A DNA stretch of 64,000 nt from a bacterium (GTDB taxonomy: Bacteria; Bacillota_I; Bacilli_A; RF39; UBA660), in the NCBI GenBank assembly GCA_030524925.1, contig JAUNFS010000001.1:3963-67962 (forward strand), given 5' to 3'. The notes beneath the pieces were generated by a model. The model was not told where the DNA came from. It did not search any database and saw only the letters and a list, made by a program, of their open reading frames with translations. Positions 47,717 through 56,521 of this stretch are shown here, piece after piece. A program made the translations under genes and the position numbers. Within the stretch, counting starts at the first letter, position 1. The number at the start of each line of letters is the position of its first letter.

Positions 47717-48262
47717 TTAAAAATCTTTTATTATATTTTTTCCGGATGTTTCTTGTGCAAATAATTCAAGAATATAGTTAGTTAAATTTAATAGACAGTT
47801 AAAGTCATGTGCAAATTTATTAATTAATTGTTTTAAAACATCATACGCGTAATCAAATTCAATTTTAGTAATTTCTTTTTTTTGAAGAGCATCAAATAGT
47901 TCATCTTCATCAAGTACTGTAAAATCTCTCGCTGGTGTAATAACCAAATCTAAATATAAGTCGTCTTGATACGGTATAGAACAGTTACCATCAGCAAATT
48001 TTGAGACATCAAAATACCACTGTATAATATTAAGCTTATTATCAAACATGATAGTTAATAGGTAAGATTTTTCATTAGGATAAAATTCAAACCAAACGTA
48101 GTCTTTATTTTTTATACATAGTTTTGATTTTTCGCTTTCAACAAAAGAAGGAATTATGTTCGAACCAAATTTTATATAATAAACTGTTCCTTTGATATTT
48201 TTATAATTAAGACTTTTTTTTAAAAAATTTGCTTCTTTTATCTTTGAAAATTTTCTTTTCAT
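47717..48262 (-). CDS. DUF402-family protein (nucleoside di/triphosphatase or FomD-like hydrolase family)
   Basis: 181 aa. WYFDVSKF...YQDDLYLDLVITPARDFTVLDEDELFDALQKKEI matches the DUF402 core pattern. First gene of the operon. Confidence 0.6.
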   Translation of the reverse strand: MKRKFSKIKEANFLKKSLNYKNIKGTVYYIKFGSNIIPSFVESEKSKLCIKNKDYVWFEFYPNEKSYLLTIMFDNKLNIIQWYFDVSKFADGNCSIPYQDDLYLDLVITPARDFTVLDEDELFDALQKKEITKIEFDYAYDVLKQLINKFAHDFNCLLNLTNYILELFAQETSGKNIIKDF

Positions 48263-48313
48263 GTTTGGAACTCCAATTTCTAATTAAATTTTTTGTTTTT
48301 GACTTTTTTATAT

Positions 48314-48370
48314 ATTGTATTATAAAGTTAAATAAAAATACAACCTTCATTTAGAAAAAATTTGGGTTGT
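48314..48370 (-). promoter_or_regulatory. thrS terminator-like hairpin overlapping a candidate promoter of the DUF402 operon
   Basis: Stem ACAACC / GGTTGT (48340-48345, 48365-48370) with a 19-nt loop, then a U-rich run on the minus strand. Minus strand also reads TTGTAT (48338-48343), 18-nt spacer, TACAAT (48314-48319). Confidence 0.3.
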
Positions 48371-48408
48371 CTATATTTTTTCTTTAATTATTTTAAAATT
48401 GTATTAAG

Positions 48409-50154
48409 TTAAATATTGTATTTTTTATTTTTAATGCATTCTTCTACTTTATTAACAAAGTCTTCAATGCTTAGATTTTTAGTTTCAGTTTTGCCGTATT
48501 CACGATAGCTTACTGTTTGGGTATTAACTTCATTATCACCAATAATTAGTGTTAGTGGAATTTTCTTAGTTTGACTTTCACGCATTTTGTATCCTAATTT
48601 TTCGCTTCTGTCGTCTAGTTTTGCTCTAATATTATTGTTAGTTAATTCTTCTAATATTTTGTTACTATATTCTAAATGATATTCATTATTAACTGGAATA
48701 ATATTAACTTGTACAGGAGACAACCAAAGTGGGAATGCTCCAGCATAATGCTCAATTAAAATTCCTATAAATCTTTCTATTGAACCATAAATTACGCGAT
48801 GAAGCATTACAGGTCTTTTTTTGCTTCCGTCTGAATCAATGTATGTTAGATCAAATCTTTCAGGTAAATTCATGTCCAATTGAATGGTTCCACATTGCCA
48901 TACTCTTCCTAGAGAATCTTTAATATGAAAATCAAGTTTAGGGCCATAAAAAGCTCCATCTCCAGGATTTATTTTACAACTGTGTCCTGCTTTGTGACAA
49001 GCGTCTTCTAAAGCCTTTTCTGATTTATTCCATACGTCGATACTTCCAATAAATTTTTCCTCTGGCCTTGTAGACAATTCGATATCATATGTCAAATTAA
49101 AAATTGAATACATTCTATCAATAAAACTGATTAATCTAATTACTTCTTCTTCAATTTGATCTTCTCTCATAAATATGTGAGCGTCATCTTGAGTAAATGT
49201 TCTTACTCTGAAAAGTCCATTTAGGGCACCGCTTGCTTCATGTCTATGAACTTGTCCAAGTTCGCCTATTCTTAGTGGTAAATCTTTGTATGAGTGTAAT
49301 GAGTTTTTATAAACTAGCATTCCACCTGGGCAATTCATTGGTTTAATAGCAAATATCTTTTCATCTATTTCACTTGTATACATATTCTCCCTATAGTTAA
49401 ACCAATGGCCGGATAGTTCCCATAGTTCTTTATTTAGCATTATTGGAGTTTTAATAAATTCATAACCTTCTTTAGTGTGTTCTTCATACCAAAAGTTTTC
49501 AAGATTATTTCTTAATATCATTCCATTATTTAGGAAAAATGGAAATCCTGGGCCATATTCACTCATCATAAATAAATCTAATTCTTTTCCTAGTTTTTTA
49601 TGATCTCTTTTTTTGGCTTCTTCTAAGAAATTTAAATGTTCGTCTAAAGCTTCTTGAGTATCAAAGCATACACCATAAATTCTTTGAAGCATTTTGTTTT
49701 TAGCGTCGCCTTTCCAGTATGCCCCACTAACTTTTAATAGTTTAAAGTATTTTAATTCTTTAGTTGTTTCAACGTGTGGTCCACGACAAAGATCAGTAAA
49801 GTCTCCTTGAGTATACATTGAGATGATTGTATTGTTTTCATCCATACGACTAATTAAATCAATTTTATAAGGATCATCTTTAAATTTTTCTAAAGCTTCT
49901 TCCTTAGTGATTTCTTCACGAACAATTCTTTTACCATCTTTGCTAACTTTTTTCATTTCTTTTTCAATTTTAGGTAAATCTTCATTTGTTAGTGTAACAT
50001 CTCCTAGGTCAATATCATAATAGAAACCATCATCTATTACTGGACCTACCCAAAATTTAGCATTTGGATATAAATGTTTTACTGATTGCGCTAAAAGGTG
50101 TGCACAACTATGGTTTAATATGCTTAATTTTGCATCTTCTTTAATGTTTATCAT
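48409..50154 (-). CDS. thrS: threonyl-tRNA synthetase lacking the N-terminal TGS domain
   Basis: Track ORF trimmed to ATG 50152-50154 (MINIKEDAKLSILNHSCAHLLAQ), which follows AAGGAGGAA. The upstream 14 codons overlap the T-box terminator. Class II motifs and the editing-domain HxxxH are present. Confidence 0.95.
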   Translation of the reverse strand: MINIKEDAKLSILNHSCAHLLAQSVKHLYPNAKFWVGPVIDDGFYYDIDLGDVTLTNEDLPKIEKEMKKVSKDGKRIVREEITKEEALEKFKDDPYKIDLISRMDENNTIISMYTQGDFTDLCRGPHVETTKELKYFKLLKVSGAYWKGDAKNKMLQRIYGVCFDTQEALDEHLNFLEEAKKRDHKKLGKELDLFMMSEYGPGFPFFLNNGMILRNNLENFWYEEHTKEGYEFIKTPIMLNKELWELSGHWFNYRENMYTSEIDEKIFAIKPMNCPGGMLVYKNSLHSYKDLPLRIGELGQVHRHEASGALNGLFRVRTFTQDDAHIFMREDQIEEEVIRLISFIDRMYSIFNLTYDIELSTRPEEKFIGSIDVWNKSEKALEDACHKAGHSCKINPGDGAFYGPKLDFHIKDSLGRVWQCGTIQLDMNLPERFDLTYIDSDGSKKRPVMLHRVIYGSIERFIGILIEHYAGAFPLWLSPVQVNIIPVNNEYHLEYSNKILEELTNNNIRAKLDDRSEKLGYKMRESQTKKIPLTLIIGDNEVNTQTVSYREYGKTETKNLSIEDFVNKVEECIKNKKYNI

Positions 50155-50381
50155 ATTCTTTTCCTCCTTAAAATAAAAACTCCTTGCATTACGCAAGGAG
50201 TGCTAAAACACGGTACCATCCCTATTTTTACTTAATTATGATAACGGCTTATGCCGGGGTTCTTTTTCAAGACCAGTTCATAGGTAGTAAAAATATTTGT
50301 TCTTAAGTTATCTTTCACCGTCATAACCTCGCTTAAATAAGAATTAAAATACTTCCATGTCCTAATCAAAACATTTAAAAC
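50155..50381 (-). promoter_or_regulatory. T-box leader (probable Thr specifier ACU)
   Basis: Minus strand has the GGTGAAAG distal-loop motif and the T-box sequence AAATAGGGATGGTACCGTGT (plus 50208-50223). Terminator stem is CTCCTTGC / GCAAGGAG (50180-50187, 50193-50200) plus a U-run. Candidate specifier ACT followed by A is at plus 50285-50288. Confidence 0.8.
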
Positions 50382-50387
50382 AATAGT

Positions 50388-50416
50388 ATTTTATCAAAAG
50401 TTAATAGATTTTTCAA
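50388..50416 (-). promoter_or_regulatory. promoter of the thrS T-box leader
   Basis: Minus strand reads TTGAAA (50411-50416), 17-nt spacer, TAAAAT (50388-50393). Confidence 0.5.
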
Positions 50417-50433
50417 GTACCATTCTATAGTTT

Positions 50434-51138
50434 TTAATTATTTTTTTCTTCTATAATGCTGGTATCTATGATATAACTATCTGTATTGTTTTTATCCATA
50501 TAAACAGGAAATTCAGTGATATTTTTTTCACTAATAATATTTTCAGGGTTTTCCCATAAATTTTTGCTTTTTAATAAATATTCTTTAGTGTTATTAGGAT
50601 CTATCCATCTACAATAAATATTATATGGGTGCTTGCCGTTTACACTGTAGTGAGCATTTATTTTTGTTTCAATATAATCTGCAGTTATTAAATTACCATT
50701 TGCTTTTAAATAATTAATTTGTTTTTGTTTTTTTGATTTTATAACTATCCCACTACCACCAATGCCAGCAAATACAGCACCTAAACCAAGGAAAATATAA
50801 GCTAGACTAGATTCTGCTTTAGCATGGATTTTTTGGGGATTATTTTGATCATAGTAGATTTTCAACTGCTTGCCTTCATAAAAGGTTGATGAGTAGTAGC
50901 TTAAAGCTGTTTCGTATTCTTGACCATCTACAATGTATGATACTCTTACATCTGGCATATCTTCTTTACGCGATGATTCATCATATTTATAGTTGATACT
51001 TGAAATTACCCCAGTGGTTTCTACTTTATTTTTAATTGTAAATGGCATTATAAGAACTCCAAGACCAATAATAAGGAATACTACTCCAATAAAAGTAAAT
51101 AATTTCCACAAGAATTTTTCGGTTTTTTCCTCTTTCAC
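50434..51138 (-). CDS. DUF3592-like membrane protein
   Basis: 234 aa with a TM helix, a beta-rich domain (VRVSYIVDGQEYET...GKQLKIYYDQNNPQKI), a second TM and a second soluble domain. Confidence 0.5.
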   Translation of the reverse strand: MKEEKTEKFLWKLFTFIGVVFLIIGLGVLIMPFTIKNKVETTGVISSINYKYDESSRKEDMPDVRVSYIVDGQEYETALSYYSSTFYEGKQLKIYYDQNNPQKIHAKAESSLAYIFLGLGAVFAGIGGSGIVIKSKKQKQINYLKANGNLITADYIETKINAHYSVNGKHPYNIYCRWIDPNNTKEYLLKSKNLWENPENIISEKNITEFPVYMDKNNTDSYIIDTSIIEEKNN

Positions 51139-51179
51139 ATTTTACCTCTTTTCTATCTTTTTTAATTATATCATTAATA

Positions 51180-51764
51180 TTACATAGTATGAAAGCCTTT
51201 TTTTAATTCGTTTATGATATTATCTTTTAAAACAAAGTTTATAGCAATTAATAAAATTAAAGCAATGCTACCCATTACGGCTAAGCCCCAGTTGTCTTCT
51301 TGATGATAAAATGATAAACCAATAATAGAACTAAAGATAGAAAGTAAGATTAAAAATAAAAATGGAAATATATTTTGTTTTTGTCTTTCTAAATCTGTAA
51401 AAAATAGAATTGCAGTAACGATAAGACCACTAAAAATTAAGATGGATACAGCTTCTATAGCCCATCCCGGCACTAAAAAAATGTCTATGATAGTTAATAG
51501 TAAGCCTGTTAGAGTTATTAGCTTAACAAACTGACTAATTCTATTGTATTCAACTAAGTCTCTTGAAATAACTAAGTCCCATAGCATATAAATTGCCATT
51601 ATGACAACTAGGCTCCAAGCTTTACCACCAGTTACAATATTTAGTATAGGACAAATAATTACAGCAGATAGTAATGGCCACTTAATAAAATTAATTAGTT
51701 TTTGATGTTTAACTTTTTCAGGGGCTACTTCAGGGTAGGTTATTTTAATTTTCATAAAGAGCAC
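51180..51764 (-). CDS. polytopic membrane protein, partner of the upstream acyltransferase-like gene
   Basis: 194 aa with about 5 TM helices. It overlaps the upstream gene end by 11-20 nt depending on the start (ATG at 51753-51755 is possible). Confidence 0.4.
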   Translation of the reverse strand: MLFMKIKITYPEVAPEKVKHQKLINFIKWPLLSAVIICPILNIVTGGKAWSLVVIMAIYMLWDLVISRDLVEYNRISQFVKLITLTGLLLTIIDIFLVPGWAIEAVSILIFSGLIVTAILFFTDLERQKQNIFPFLFLILLSIFSSIIGLSFYHQEDNWGLAVMGSIALILLIAINFVLKDNIINELKKGFHTM

Positions 51765-53226
51765 TCCCTTCTACTACTACGTCTATTTTTTCTTGTTTTA
51801 ATAATTCATATATCTTTTCTTCAAAGGTTGGATCAGCAGTCATTTTGCTAATTGAAAAAGTAGTAATATTATTGACGGTTACTACGGAGCAGCCTGCACG
51901 ATTGGTGATAGCAGTACCCAGGATGAAGTCCATACTTTCTATTTCGCCGGCGATTTCTTTAGGCAAATTTATAACACCTAAATTAGATAACGTATTAGAA
52001 AAGATTTTATCGCCTAGAAATCCATAAACTATTTTAGCAATGGGAGCTTTGATAGAAAGTGGAACATATTTTAGCATGTTTGTTAATTTTTTGGTTTGCG
52101 TAACCATCTTGCTCATTTCTTCTTTAGAGGCTTTATCATTTAACTGTTTGGTTATTTCACCTATTATGTTCTCTACTTTAGTTATCTCGTCTATAGATAA
52201 TCTAATACCACAATACATTGAAAAATTTCTAAGAGTTTTTGATGGATAATATTTACGCATATTAACAGGTACTTGAATGCTTATTTCTCCAGTTAATTTA
52301 TCTGTTGCACTTTTGCCAGCAATAAACATAAGTGCTAGTAAGTATGATGTGATGGTTGCTTGATACTTTTTAGAAGTTCTTTTTAAATCATTTGAATTCA
52401 TTTTAAAGTGAATTATTTTGCACGGTTTAATTTTAGAGAGTTTACCATCCATTTGAAGAGCCATTTTGTCAACAAATCCGGAAGCTTCAGCCGAATTTGG
52501 GACATTTTTAAATGCATTTTCGTATTCTTCTTTTGCTGGTTCTTCATTGATATCTAATATTAAATTATTTTGAGACATATTAGTTCCTAATAGTTTTAAA
52601 TATTCAGCTGTTAGCGATTTTAAGAATTCCATTCCTCCTGCGCCATCTGTAAGTACATGAAAAAACTCAATACTTATTCTATTTTTATAATATTTAACCC
52701 TAAATGATTGAGACCCGCTTACTGATACTTTAATTAGCTGGGATGGAACGTCATTTTCTTCTTCTACGCTGAATCTTCGTTTTGTAGTGTCTAAATAATG
52801 CCAAAAGAAGCCTTTTTTTAGAGTTGTGGCAAACGTTGGAAATCTTTTAATGCTAAAGTTTAATGCCATTTGAAGAATTTCTGGAACTATATTATTTTTT
52901 AGATATGCGGATAATCTAAAAATAGCCATTCGGTCATGAGCCATGGATAGTGGATAGATTTTAGCAGCATCATCTAAAGGAAACCATAATACAGGGGGTC
53001 TTGCGTAAAAGCCACCTAGGTTTTTGATATCTAAATATAATAATGCAGTTTGTAAGTCTATACCTTTTTTATGATAGTATAGTATTGCTTTTTCAAAATC
53101 TGTTTTTAGGGCTTGCTTAATTTCTTTGTTTAGCAAACAGTGCTCGGAAAATGATGCAAAGAAATCTTTTAATAAAGTTTGTTCTTCTTCATTTAATATA
53201 TTTATATAATTATTAAATTCTTCCAT
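51745..53226 (-). CDS. HxxxD-motif acyltransferase (condensation / alcohol acetyltransferase-like)
   Basis: 493 aa. FFHVLTDGAGGMEF contains the HxxxDG catalytic motif of the condensation/WS-DGAT/AATase superfamily. Confidence 0.6.
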   Translation of the reverse strand: MEEFNNYINILNEEEQTLLKDFFASFSEHCLLNKEIKQALKTDFEKAILYYHKKGIDLQTALLYLDIKNLGGFYARPPVLWFPLDDAAKIYPLSMAHDRMAIFRLSAYLKNNIVPEILQMALNFSIKRFPTFATTLKKGFFWHYLDTTKRRFSVEEENDVPSQLIKVSVSGSQSFRVKYYKNRISIEFFHVLTDGAGGMEFLKSLTAEYLKLLGTNMSQNNLILDINEEPAKEEYENAFKNVPNSAEASGFVDKMALQMDGKLSKIKPCKIIHFKMNSNDLKRTSKKYQATITSYLLALMFIAGKSATDKLTGEISIQVPVNMRKYYPSKTLRNFSMYCGIRLSIDEITKVENIIGEITKQLNDKASKEEMSKMVTQTKKLTNMLKYVPLSIKAPIAKIVYGFLGDKIFSNTLSNLGVINLPKEIAGEIESMDFILGTAITNRAGCSVVTVNNITTFSISKMTADPTFEEKIYELLKQEKIDVVVEGSALYEN

Positions 53227-53264
53227 AATATCACCACTAGTTATATTTTATCATATTTTGTCAT

Positions 53265-53288
53265 TAAAAAAGAAGCCAATTGCTTCTT
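53265..53288 (-). terminator. rho-independent terminator
   Basis: 7-bp stem AAGAAGC / GCTTCTT (53270-53276, 53282-53288), loop CAATT. An A-run on the plus strand gives a U-run on the minus transcript. Confidence 0.55.
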
Positions 53289-53324
53289 AGCGTATATCTA
53301 ATCTTTCTGCATTTCTCTTTGAAT

Positions 53325-53663
53325 TCATAACATTAATACATTTACAACATAGTTGATTTCTTCTTCTTTTAGAGCATGCCCTTTTTTTATATTATGAATT
53401 TTTTCTAAACATCCTCTACAACAACAGCCGGTGGCATGCTGAGCAATAAAAACTGGATGTACCTGTCTCATTGGGGTTTGTTTACCGTCATTATTGGGAT
53501 TTGCTGGAGCAAGTCTTTTTGTTATCAAGTCTTTGGCATCTGATTTTATTTTATCAAGGCCTTTTTCTTTTACATAATCTTTCATATTTTTGTTTAAATG
53601 AAATGAACCTCTAAATTTACTTTTAGATAAAGAGTTTAACAAACTATCAATATTATTTTTCAA
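53325..53663 (-). CDS. DUF4186-like protein
   Basis: 112 aa. HPVFIAQHATGCCCRGCLEKIH matches the conserved Cys-rich core I associate with DUF4186. Confidence 0.5.
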   Translation of the reverse strand: MKNNIDSLLNSLSKSKFRGSFHLNKNMKDYVKEKGLDKIKSDAKDLITKRLAPANPNNDGKQTPMRQVHPVFIAQHATGCCCRGCLEKIHNIKKGHALKEEEINYVVNVLML

Positions 53664-54138
53664 GGCTATCTTCCTTTACTATGGGGTTATACTGGCAGTT
53701 GATAATTTTCTCTAAATCTTTTAATTCTACTTCAACCTGATATCCAATTTTTCCACCACTAAAGATTATTGCATTATAGTTTTTAGCTGAAATATCTATT
53801 ATTACTTTAAATGGTTTCTTTAAGCCGATTGGTGAGCATCCTCCGTGGACATAACCAGTTAATGGTAGTAATTCTTTTTGAGGAATCATTTCAATACTTT
53901 TTTCGTTAACACTTTGGGCACATTTCTTTAAGTCTAGTTCTTTTTCTACAGGTATCATAAATACATAGTTTTGCTTGGACTTTGCAACAGTTACTAAAGT
54001 TTTAAATACCTTATTTGCATCTTCATTTAAGACTCTTGCAACTTCAATACCGCTAAGGGCATTTGTATCTCCATAATAATATTCATTGTATTTTATTTTC
54101 TTTTGGTCTAATATTCTCATGACATTGGTTTTTTCCAT
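53653..54138 (-). CDS. ybaK: Cys-tRNA(Pro)/Cys-tRNA(Cys) deacylase YbaK
   Basis: 161 aa with MRILDQKKIKYNEYYY..., KTLV and a GGCSPIG pocket motif. Confidence 0.8.
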   Translation of the reverse strand: MEKTNVMRILDQKKIKYNEYYYGDTNALSGIEVARVLNEDANKVFKTLVTVAKSKQNYVFMIPVEKELDLKKCAQSVNEKSIEMIPQKELLPLTGYVHGGCSPIGLKKPFKVIIDISAKNYNAIIFSGGKIGYQVEVELKDLEKIINCQYNPIVKEDSLEK

Positions 54139-54175
54139 AAAGTCTCCACTATTTAAATATGTTATATTTTTTTGT

Positions 54176-54742
54176 CTAAATATTTTTCATTTCGTTTTCA
54201 ATATATTCTTCGCTCATTTCTATGGCTTTGATGCATTTTTCAAATAGTTCAGTTAGATCCCAGCCTAACATTTCACAGCCTTTTTTAATAACATCTCTTG
54301 AACAGCCTCTTGCGAAGGTTTTATCTTTAAATTTCTTTTTTAGGGTTGCTACTTCCATTCCTTGGGCATTATGAGATGGTCTCATGTTAATAAGAGATGC
54401 AATAATGCCTGTTAGTTCGTCACTTGCGTATAGTACTTTTTCCATAAAATGGACTGGTTCTACATCAGTACAGAGATTATAGCCATGACTACATATTGCA
54501 TGAACTAGTTCGTCACTTGCGTCAATTTCTTTTAAGAGTTCTACGCATTTATAGCAGTGCTCCTCTGGGTACATTTCATAATCTACGTCATGTAAAAGAC
54601 CGACTATTCCCCAAAAGTCTTCGTCGTAGCCATTTTCTTTAGCAATATATCGCATAATACTTTCAACCATTAGTCCATGTCTAATGTGATATTCTTCTTT
54701 ATTATATTTTTTTAATAATTCAAATGCTTTTTGTCTATTCAT
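54176..54742 (-). CDS. HD-domain hydrolase
   Basis: 188 aa with HIRHGLMVE...VGLLHDVDYE...SHGY. Confidence 0.7.
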   Translation of the reverse strand: MNRQKAFELLKKYNKEEYHIRHGLMVESIMRYIAKENGYDEDFWGIVGLLHDVDYEMYPEEHCYKCVELLKEIDASDELVHAICSHGYNLCTDVEPVHFMEKVLYASDELTGIIASLINMRPSHNAQGMEVATLKKKFKDKTFARGCSRDVIKKGCEMLGWDLTELFEKCIKAIEMSEEYIENEMKNI

Positions 54743-54765
54743 AATACTCCTTTACTTTTACTAGT

Positions 54766-55254
54766 TTATAGTTCAACAATTTTTATTGGATTTCCATGTT
54801 CCTTTATAATACTTAATAAATCACTTACTTTTAGCCATACAGTTGCTGTGTTATCATTTGGAGGTATCCCTATTATATCCTTTTTATCTAGAAACTCTTT
54901 ATCTAAACAGAATGTCACTTTCAAATCATTATCGTTTAACAAACCAAAGGGATTCACGTTACCAAAAGTTAGATTTAAAATTGCTTTTAATTCATCTTCT
55001 TTGGCGAAGCTTAGTGCTCTTGTTTCATACTTGCTTCTAAATTCTTTTAAATCAACTCTTTTATTACCTTTTATTGTAATTAGATAATAGTTTTGCTTTT
55101 TGTCATCCCTGACAAGCAAATTTTTTGTATCATATCCTGGATATAAACTCTCTGTATTAGAAACTTCTTCAAACTTAAAAACTGCCTTATGCTCATTTAT
55201 TTCACAGTCAATACCCTTATTTTTGATAAAATCATACACTTCTTGTTTATTCAT
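54766..55254 (-). CDS. YbaK/ProX-like aminoacyl-tRNA trans-editing domain protein
   Basis: 162 aa with KNLLVRDDKKQNYYLITIKGNKRVDLKEF and FGNVNPFGL, typical of prolyl-tRNA synthetase-associated domain proteins. Confidence 0.7.
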   Translation of the reverse strand: MNKQEVYDFIKNKGIDCEINEHKAVFKFEEVSNTESLYPGYDTKNLLVRDDKKQNYYLITIKGNKRVDLKEFRSKYETRALSFAKEDELKAILNLTFGNVNPFGLLNDNDLKVTFCLDKEFLDKKDIIGIPPNDNTATVWLKVSDLLSIIKEHGNPIKIVEL

Positions 55255-55339
55255 AGATCTTTTTCCTTTCTAAATAAGTTTATGTTTCTTCTGTATTTTA
55301 TCATAACTGATAAAATTTATGCAACCAAAAAAAAGAAGC

Positions 55340-56479
55340 CTAAGCTCCTATTAAAATTTTGTTTAAATTTCTTTTATATAAATCCCAAATATTGGCTTTT
55401 TTAACATCTTCTTTAACGGTTATTGGTATCTCTTTTTTTACACTCCCATCAATGGTTATTTCTAGTTTACCAATAATGTCTCCTACTTTTATTGGGGCTT
55501 TGATTTTATCTACGTTTATGTTAAATCCATATTTTTTGTTATCACTAATGCTTTCTAGATTAGTAGCGTCTTCGGTTAGTTTAATTTCAACTGTTTCTTT
55601 TTTTCCGTTTTTAATTTCTACGCTTCCTAGATCTTGGTCTTTAGGCATAACCACTTTTATTTTGTAATTAGCAAATCCGTAGTTTAGTAATTTGATTGTA
55701 TCACTACTTCTTTTTTCAGTTGTTGGCTCACTCATAACAACACTTATTAGTCTCATATTATTTCTCTTGGCAGTAGCAGTTAGACAGTAACCAGCATTTT
55801 TGGTAAATCCAGTTTTAAGTCCGTCTAGGCCATTATAATATTTAATAAGTTTATTAGTGTTAACCATCCATGTAGATGAGCCGTCTGGTTTATTTAAGAA
55901 CTCTTCATAGATGCTTGAGTAGTTTAATATTTCTTCGTGTTTTAATAATTCTCTTGCCATGATAGCCATGTCTTTAGCAGTGGTTAAGTGTCCTTCGGTG
56001 TCTAGTCCGTGAACATTTTTAAAGGTAGTGTTGGTACAGCCAAGAGATGCAGCTTTTTCATTCATAAGATTTACAAAACTTTCAGTGCTTCCAGCTGTAT
56101 ATTCTGCCATAGCTACAGCAGCATCATTAGCTGATGCGATAGCAATTGCTTTTAGTAATTCTTTTACTTTAAGCTCTGACCCGGCTTCTAAGAAAACTTG
56201 ACTTCCACCCATGCTTGCGGCATTAGTACTGATATTTACTTTATCTTCTAGGGTGTAATCGTTTTTTTCAAGACTTTCCATAATTAAAAGCATTGTCATA
56301 ATTTTAGTCATAGATGCGGGAGCTAATTTTTCATCACTATTTTTTTCACTTAATATTTCACCAGTTGAGGCTTCTATTAAAATGCTAGACTTTGCAGTAA
56401 GATCTAGTTCTTCAGCTTTTACGGTTACTGGAATTATTAATATTAAGAGCAATATAATTATTTTTTTCAACTTTATCAC
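55340..56479 (-). CDS. dacA: D-alanyl-D-alanine carboxypeptidase (PBP5 class)
   Basis: 379 aa with a signal peptide and the SxxK (SMTK), SxN (SAND) and KTG (LKTGFT) motifs, plus a C-terminal beta domain. Confidence 0.85.
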   Translation of the reverse strand: MIKLKKIIILLLILIIPVTVKAEELDLTAKSSILIEASTGEILSEKNSDEKLAPASMTKIMTMLLIMESLEKNDYTLEDKVNISTNAASMGGSQVFLEAGSELKVKELLKAIAIASANDAAVAMAEYTAGSTESFVNLMNEKAASLGCTNTTFKNVHGLDTEGHLTTAKDMAIMARELLKHEEILNYSSIYEEFLNKPDGSSTWMVNTNKLIKYYNGLDGLKTGFTKNAGYCLTATAKRNNMRLISVVMSEPTTEKRSSDTIKLLNYGFANYKIKVVMPKDQDLGSVEIKNGKKETVEIKLTEDATNLESISDNKKYGFNINVDKIKAPIKVGDIIGKLEITIDGSVKKEIPITVKEDVKKANIWDLYKRNLNKILIGA

Positions 56480-56521
56480 CTAATAAAAAGTATTCAAAGA
56501 TAAAAGAAAAAAGACTACTTG

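Noticed and set aside
44066-48408. Search for a short RiPP precursor peptide gene associated with the radical SAM enzyme.
   Set aside because: The gaps inside the operon are 0-25 nt. The flanking spacers contain only the deaminase remnant, hairpins and promoter-like elements. No plausible small ORF with an RBS was found.
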